Shown: positions 56,441 through 64,000 of the stretch, piece after piece
Layout of the letters: every line of letters begins with the position of its first letter
How positions within the stretch are numbered: position 1 is the first letter of the stretch
DNA from: Eledone cirrhosa
Taxonomy: Eukaryota
Assembly (NCBI GenBank): GCA_964016885.1
Contig: OZ024743.1
Coordinates: forward strand, 372,620,001-372,684,000
Direction of reading: 5' to 3'
Length of the DNA: 64,000 bases
Notes under the pieces: generated by a model
Seen by the model: the letters and a program-made list of their open reading frames with translations, nothing else
Told to the model about the DNA's origin: nothing
Databases searched by the model: none
Program-made: the position numbers and the translations under genes

Positions 56441-57504
56441 ATCGTTTCTGAATTTGTTTAGCAAGATTCTTTATCTGAAAAAGTGTGTTGAAACCGATAT
56501 TGTTATACTTTGGGAGGGTCATGTTGCCAATAAGAAACACATGCACCAGTTGCTTTCACTTCAATTTATTATAATAAATTTATAAATTTAGGAATTTATA
56601 AATTTCCGGTTGGTTGGTTCCACAACCAGATGGTTGTTCATATATTATCAAAGTTCTTTCGTCACACATTCTGTGACCTCCATAAAAACACTTATTAGCA
56701 AGACATACCCTTTTCAAAGACTTCCCTGTATAGATAAGAAATGTATAACCTGTAAAATAAGCCCCCATATTAACTGTAAAACTAGAAATGTAGTATATAG
56801 CATAAGATGTACTGAAGGGCAATGTAGAGATAAAAATATAGTGTACATAGGTGAGACAGCTCGTAGTATAGGGGAACGGATAAATGAACACTGGCAAGAC
56901 CTTCAAGATAGTAAAGAATTATCTGTACTCTTCCAACATGCTAAAATAGAACATAAGGGTAAATTAGAGAACATAGAAATAAAAATAGAATCTACACACA
57001 GAAAAGACACGATTTTTAGACAAATCACAGAGGCAATAAACATAAATGAATTACAACCAAAATTAAATAGAAAACATGAGTGGAACAGCAACATCACAAC
57101 TTACAATTAAGGACAAAATGAAAACACACACGCACATAGAACAAACAACTAACCAGTAACATGTAAATAAACAAATAAATAAACAAATATAAACACACAC
57201 AGACACCCAGATGTAACACATGCGCAAACTAAGCACACAACACACACACAAAAACAAGATGACGTAGGACAGAACAAAGGAGAGGCACAAAAAACAAAGA
57301 AAAGAATCCCCAGTCACTGAAGAGGTCACAGAATGTGTGACGAAAGAACTTTGACAATATATAAACAACCATCTGGTTGTGGAACCAACCAACCAACCGG
57401 AAATTTATATTCCTAAATTTAAATTCCTAAATTTATAAATTTATTATAATAAATTGAAGTGAAAGCAACTGGTGCGTGTGTTTCTTATCCCAAAGTATAA
57501 CAAT
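56441..57504 (+). mobile_element. Second copy of the 37971-39583 Penelope-like family with inverted pLTR
   Basis: GIY-YIG frame 56680-57110; 56498-56680 is inverted relative to 57320-57504; hammerhead motif at 57312-57355. Confidence 0.9.
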
Positions 57505-57525
57505 ATATATATATATATATATATA

Positions 57526-58785
57526 TCATCATCATCATCATCACCGTTTTACGTCCGTTCTTCCACACTAGCATGGGTTAGACGGGTTGTCCTGTTGTGG
57601 GCAGTGTCTGGTCGGCTGACCATGCCTTGCTCATACAGGAACTGATCTGGCTTGATTTCTACAGCTGGATGCCTTTTCTAAGACCAACCTCATTTACAGT
57701 GAGTGCTGGGTGCTTTTTCGTGGCACCTACACGTCCACTTTACAGTGTGGGCTGGGTGCTTTTTTGCCGTGGCACCTCCACGACCACCTTGCAGTGGGAG
57801 GGTGTGGGGGCATATTGTCTATATGCTTCAGCTTGTACCCATGGGAGGTCGGGTACTCTGTATTACTGCGTGACGCCAGAAGTCACGGCCGTGTGTCATT
57901 GCCTTTGAAAGGTGTAATTGCGTAAGGTTGGCTTTTATCACCTCATCCCAGGTCATCTTGGGTCTCTCCACTCCGCGGTTTCCATCAACTTCTAGTGCTC
58001 TGCACCTTTTTATGCAACTGTCATCCTTCATACGCATCACATGTCCATACCAGCGCAACCGCCTCTCCTGCACACAGCATTTGATTCCTCTTATGCTCAG
58101 TCTCTCTCTCAATTCATTTATGCTTTGTCGTTCACGTATATTACTGTTACACATCCATCGAAGCATGTAGGCTTCGTTTCTCTCTAATCTACGTAAATCT
58201 TCCACCTTCAGCGCCCAGGTCTCACTACCATGCAACATTGCTGTTCGGATACACGCATCATACAGTCTGCCTTTCATTCTGAGGGAGAAGCCTTTTGCAG
58301 CTAGCAGTGGTAGTAGTTCCCTAAACTTCTTCCATCCCGTTCTTACCCTAGTTATTGTACTTTCTGAACACCCACCTCCGCTGCTAATTCGGTCACCTAG
58401 GTAGCAGAAGCTGTCTACTGTTTCTACAGGGCCCTCCCAGAGATTGGTGGTACTTGTTTCCTGTGGCTGTTTGCTGCTTGCTGTCTCAGCACAGCTGCTG
58501 CATGTGAAGCCTACATTCTTAATTAAGCTTCCTGAGATCCCGCTACATCTCTTGTGTACCCATTGTTTACATTTGGGGCAGAGAATGGAGTTCCTACCTA
58601 CACCTTTCCTACATACTGAGCAAGGCCATTTCCCTGAGGGGATCTGGGTTCTGTTTTCTCGTCTACTTACCAGAACCTTAGTCTTTGTCATGTTGACTTT
58701 GAGACCCTTTCTTTCTAGTCCCTGCTTCCAAGTTTGGAATTTATTCTCTAGTTCTACCATAGATTCAGCTATGAGTGCGAGGTCA
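57526..58785 (-). mobile_element. RTE-clade LINE, divergent subfamily, 5'-truncated
   Basis: ORF 57828-58760 with PHD finger and MLHGSETW, different 3' UTR, same (GAT)n end. Confidence 0.9.
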
Positions 58786-58795
58786 TATATATATA

Positions 58796-59958
58796 GGCGT
58801 AGGTAGAAACTCCATTTTATGTCCTAAATGCAAAGTATGGGTGCATAAAAGATGTAGTGGGATCACAGGTAAGCTAACTAAGAACATAGATTTTACATGT
58901 GGCCGGTGCTCTGGTGCAATAAGTAGCAGCAAGTGCCCACAAAATACTAGCTCTTTCAATTGCGCAGAGGGTTCTATAGAAATAGTGGACAGCTTCCGTT
59001 ACCTGGGTGACAAAATCAGCAGTGGGGGAGGGTGCTCTGAAAGTACAGTAGCTAGAGTCAGAACTGGTTGGAAAAAGTTCAGAGAGCTTATACCACTATT
59101 AGCTGCTAAAGGGTTCTCACTAAAAATGAAAGGCAGGTTGTACGATGCCTGCATACGAACAGCAATGCTGCATGGCAGTGAGACCTGGGCATTGTGTGCA
59201 GAGGATATACGCAGACTAGAGAGGAACGAAGCTTGCATGCTCCGCTGGATGTGTAACAGTAATATACGTGAACGGCAAAGCATAAACGAACTAAGGAAAA
59301 AATTAGAGATAAGAGGGATCAGATGTTGTTTACTCGAGAGAAGGCTACGTTGGTATGGACACGTGATGCGCATGAAAGTCGATAGCTGTATAACAAAGTG
59401 CAGGGCAATAAAGATAGACGGTAGTCACGGAATAGGCAGACCTAGAAAAACCTGGGACGAGCTGATAAACTCCGACATCACACACTTACACCTCTCCAAG
59501 ACAATGTCACTGGACCGAGACCTTTGGCGGTACTCAGTAACAGAGAAGACCCGCCTTACCTAAATATATAGTAAAACCTACTCCAGCCAGTAGGCATCTC
59601 TAACAAAATACACCCCGTCCCACCACCACCACCCCCACCCCATCCACACCACCCCGTTCTATGTAAAGTTATGTTGGTGCCGCGCCATCGAGGCCGAAAC
59701 AAATGAGATCGTGTAGGTGTCACGACAAAAAAACACACAGTCCACGCTGTAATGTGGCCGTGTAGGCAACACGGTAAAAACCTCCCAGCCCCACACTGTA
59801 AATGTGGTTGGTGTTAGGAAGGGCATCCAACTGTAGAAAACCTGCCAGACAGTCCTATGCGAGCAAGACAATCACTCTTGCCTCAAGTGGGACTACCCCC
59901 GTCCAAACCCATGCAAGCGTGGAACACGGACGTTAAACGTTGATGATGATGATGATGA
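58796..59958 (+). mobile_element. RTE-clade LINE, 5'-truncated
   Basis: ORF to 59563 is nearly identical to 52030-52800; 3' UTR and (GAT)n tail. Confidence 0.93.
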
Positions 59959-60701
59959 TATATAGTAGATAAATAAAGTACCAACCCTGAGCAGTGAATT
60001 GGCAGAATTGTTAGAGTATTGGACTTGATGCCTTGTGGTATCTCTTTCATTGCTTTGCATCCTGAGTTTGCCAGTGATATTACTGGTGCCAAGCTATACC
60101 AGTCTTTACTATTTCCTTGGACATCAGTGACAAAAGCAGGGATGACTTGCATGCATAAGTAACTGTTGGTTTTCCACATACAAAAAACAATCGTTCCCTG
60201 GAGGGGAATTTCTTGATGCAAACACTGTCAGTTATGACAGAAGAGGGCCTATGAAAAAGCTTTCTAGTCAACCAATGAGATGCTACTTTTCTGTGTTATA
60301 ATAATAATGAAAATTATTGTGTACAGTGCTCAGGTGCTCTACAACTCATGAAAGAGGCATGTATAGTACATAGAAATATGTATAAATGTCAGGAAAGTGA
60401 ACAGTGTATGAGTCATGATATATACACAGACATACACACGCACACACACACGCACACGCGCGCGCACACACACACACACGTGCGCACACGCACACATGTG
60501 TGTGCATGTGATGGAGAGGGATTATCAGGAGTAGTGTTGTTTTAAAGTTTCTTTTATCAGAATTTATACCATCACCACATTTTGTTTACATTTCTTCATT
60601 TCTATCTTTCTACAGAAATTGATATTTTTTTATAACCAATGGACTCTCTGCTGAACATAAAGATTACGTAAATCAAAAACTAGAGACAGAACAAAACAAA
60701 C

Positions 60702-61022
60702 ATGGATATAAAACAAAAGAAACGTAAAGAACTTAACAATGAGGAACGTCTGTTCTTGAGTGCTATTGAGAAGGGAGATGTAGCTGGGGCCAAACTTGCT
60801 CTTAATGAAGCTGAAGACCGTCATATAAACAGGAGCTGCAAAGATTCCCTTGGGAGGTCAGCTCTTGTCATTGCTATTGAGAATGAAAATGGTGAACTTG
60901 TCGAGTCTTTACTCAATGCCGACGTAGATCTGGAGGATGCTCTCCTCTATGCTATCCGAGAAGAATATGTGGAAGCCGTGGAAATGATTTTAACTCACCA
61001 GCTGCAGAAATATGGAGAAGAT
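60702..61022 (+). CDS. TRPC: Canonical TRP channel (TRPC/TRP-gamma-like), probable first coding exon (ankyrin repeats)
   Basis: [16 protein letters not shown]...[16 protein letters not shown]...[16 protein letters not shown]. Acceptor TTTCTACAG at 60615 and donor GAT|GTAAGA at 61022 (phase 0). In-frame stop upstream of the ATG. Confidence 0.92.
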
Positions 61023-61073
61023 GTAAGAATCCTTTCAAATTTTATCTTATGTATTCTTTATAACTATACATAA

Positions 61074-61136
<63 letters not shown>

Positions 61137-61699
61137 ATATATTGTGTATGTGTATGTCTGTGCATGTGAGTGTGTGTTTGTGTGTGTTTATGTAAGTGTG
61201 TATAGACAGACTATATGCCAATATATAAATACTGGGAAATTTCCAGGGGTGCCTTCTGCATGAAGTCTATATAGTTAAGTGCAGACAAACTAAATATAAT
61301 GAGCAAGAATGAGGTTTCAATTAATTGAAATTATACCTATAATGAGAAGAAAAATCAACAGTGTTCAATAGATTATTCTTAAAAGAATTCCTCAAAGGAT
61401 ATAAAACTGATAACATCAAAATTTTAATTAATTATAAATTAAATGTTGATATGTAAACCTTTCATCGGTTTATTTTCATTTAATTTTTAATAAATGATTG
61501 ATAAGTTTCTGAAAGTCGGTACAATGTGGTTTTCATAAGAATTCTCATTAAGATTATTGACTTTTCTTCTCATTTGGGGCATGATTTTAATTGATTAAAA
61601 CTTCATTTCGGCTTACTTCATTAAGTAAGTTTGCCTACTGTTAACTATTAGTCAGTAGGCAATATGTCATTATACATGTCAATAATCTAAATGTCATTA

Positions 61700-62262
61700 T
61701 CATTGGCCTATGTCAATATATAGGTCAATAGCCTATGCCAATAGCCTATGTCAATATAAAGGTCAATAGCCTATGCCAATAGCCTATGTCAATATATATG
61801 TCAATAGTCAATAGTCAATATAAATGTCAATAGCTTATGTCAATAGCCTATGTCAATATTGTGTCAATAGCCCATGTCGATATATATGTCAATAACCTGT
61901 GTCAACATATATGTCAATAGCCAATGTCAATATATATATATGTCAATACATATGTCAATGTATGTATCAATAGCCTATGGCAATAGCCCATTGCAATAGC
62001 CTATGTCAATATATGTGTCAATAGCCTATGTCAATATATGTGCCAATAACCGATGTCGATATATATGTCAATATATACGTCAATAGCCCATGTCAAAATA
62101 TGTGTCAATAGCCTATGTCAATATATGTGTCAATAGCCTATGTCAATATGCGTCAATAGCCTATGTCAATATGTATGTCAATAGCCAATGTCAATAGCTT
62201 ATGTCAATAGCCTATGTCAATAGCCTATGTCAATATATATATGTCAATATATATGTCAATAG
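61700..62262. repeat. Intronic minisatellite built from TATGTCAATA(GCC) units
   Basis: Dozens of 11-13-bp variants of CTATGTCAATAGC and ATGTCAATAT. Confidence 0.9.
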
Positions 62263-62940
62263 GTCTGTGTCATTAGATTATCTTTGTTAACAGGCTATAT
62301 GTTATTATACAGGCCAATAGGCTATTATATGCCACTATACATGTCAATAGGCTATATGCCGTTATTTATGTCTATAACCTATATGATTGTATAAGTCAAT
62401 AGACTATATGTCATTATACATTATATGTATATATGAAAAACAATGTTGTCTCTGATCGAGATGAAGCGAGAGTGTATTTAAATACATATAGAAATGAGAA
62501 AACTTAACTCTAGAAAAGCCATTAAAACAGCTAAATGCTGCTAAAGACAGCATTTAGCAGAGGCATTTTTGCCCTTCGCTGTCCTGGATAGCATTTACCT
62601 GGTTTAATGGCTGTTCTCGCGATGAGTTTTCTCATTTCTATATGTATATATATATAGAGAGATAGATAGATATATATCATCATCATCATCATCATCAACG
62701 TTTTATGTCCATTTTCCACACTACCATGTAAATACATATACATGAATTTTAAGAGGATTATATACGTTCTTCTTAAATTGCCCATTCTTTTATAGAACAC
62801 CTCCTTTAAATAATGGGAGAGAACTAAACTTTATAAATATGAATATTTATAAAATTTATTTTTTGAAACTGAAAATTTTCCACATTAAAATTTATTTCTA
62901 ATTTTATTTTATTTATTGCCATTTTTTTCCTATATTCTAG

Positions 62941-63456
62941 TATCTTCAAACTGATTTTGAATCAGATACTTTCACCAATGACATCACACCAATTATATTA
63001 GCCGGTCACATCGATAACTATGAAATTATTAAAATGTTGCTTGACCGTGGTTACAGAATTCCAAGACCTCATGATCTCACTTGTCATTGTGATGACTGTC
63101 TCAAAGGAAGTACAGATGATGTGTTAGGCCATTCACGAGCCAGAATCAATGCATATCGGGCACTAGCAAGTCCTTCACTTATTGCTTTATCAAGTAAAGA
63201 TCCCATTCTTACAGCTTTCGAGTTGAGCTGGGAACTTCGGAACCTCAGTGAACTTGAGAATGAATTTAAAACTGAATATCAAGAACTGGGCAAAATCTGT
63301 CAGCAGTTTTCTGTTGATCTGCTCGATGAAATCCGTGGATCAAAAGAACTTGAAATTATTCTAAATCATGATTCACGATCCCCAGATGATGATCAATCTA
63401 AAGAAAACAAGAAATTAAATCGACTGAAACTTGCCATAAAATACAAACAGAAGAGG
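62941..63456 (+). CDS. TRPC: Canonical TRP channel (TRPC/TRP-gamma-like), next coding exon; gene continues beyond the window
   Basis: Acceptor TATTCTAG at 62940; [37 protein letters not shown] Zn site, [36 protein letters not shown] and [12 protein letters not shown]; donor AGG|GTAAGG; 516 nt, phase 0 on both sides. Confidence 0.96.
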
Positions 63457-64000
63457 GTAAGGTTGACTTTATTATTCTTATCTTCATTATTTAATTCAAG
63501 CAAAACTTGGGCAATTGTTAGAAGAATTTGGAAGGATTTAACTTTCTCAGTATTAAACTGGTGTTTGGAACATAACTTAAAAGTTCTTACATAAAGTTAG
63601 AATGGAAGGTTTTTAGATAAAAATAAACATGTTAAAGAAGAGGGCAAATTGTCAGAGTTATTAGAACATCAAGTCGAAGGCTTTGCAGTATTTATTCTGC
63701 TTCTTTGCACTCTGTGATCAACTTTGCTTTTTATCTTTTTGAAGTCAATAAAACAAGTACCAATCCTGTACTGGGGGGTCTATTTTCCTTCTATATCCCT
63801 CACCTCTCTCTCTCTCTCACATATATATAATATATATATATATTATAAGAGTCGGGACCCGATGGCTGAGCTCTTACCGTTTCAACAGATAGTCTATATA
63901 TACAAATATATATACAAATTTATATATATATATATATACATATAAGCAATGAATTATTTAATTTGTTGGTTATTCAACAAATTTAGTTTATAACAGATTA

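Noticed and set aside
61023-61073. ORF extension beyond the first TRPC exon (and 63457-63594 beyond the second)
   Set aside because: Homology ends at canonical GT donors; the extensions are intronic read-through.

Overview
Repeat-saturated animal genomic DNA. The SINE and RTE tail sequences resemble those I recall from octopod cephalopods; this taxon call is an inference. The only host gene visible is a canonical TRP (TRPC/TRP-gamma-like) channel. It has two coding exons near the 3' end (60702-61022 and 62941-63456, + strand) and continues beyond the window. The preceding ~60 kb is microsatellite and retroelement sequence. It holds two L1/Tx1-clade LINEs (one nearly intact), a stack of R4/Dong-type elements in one (TAA)n site, many RTE fragments with a PHD finger inside the RT, a CRE-clade fragment, tRNA-derived SINEs, a non-autonomous Helitron, a mariner remnant and a piggyBac-like MITE. 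The most striking unannotated signal is a set of (TA)n-embedded fold-back modules from many unrelated sequence families. They share one layout: two inverted arms, one of which carries an extra tail. Many of these (TA)n islands contain hammerhead ribozyme motifs, including compensatory U3:A8 core variants. Two of the families are tied to Penelope-like GIY-YIG ORFs. All calls were made by eye and no searches were run.
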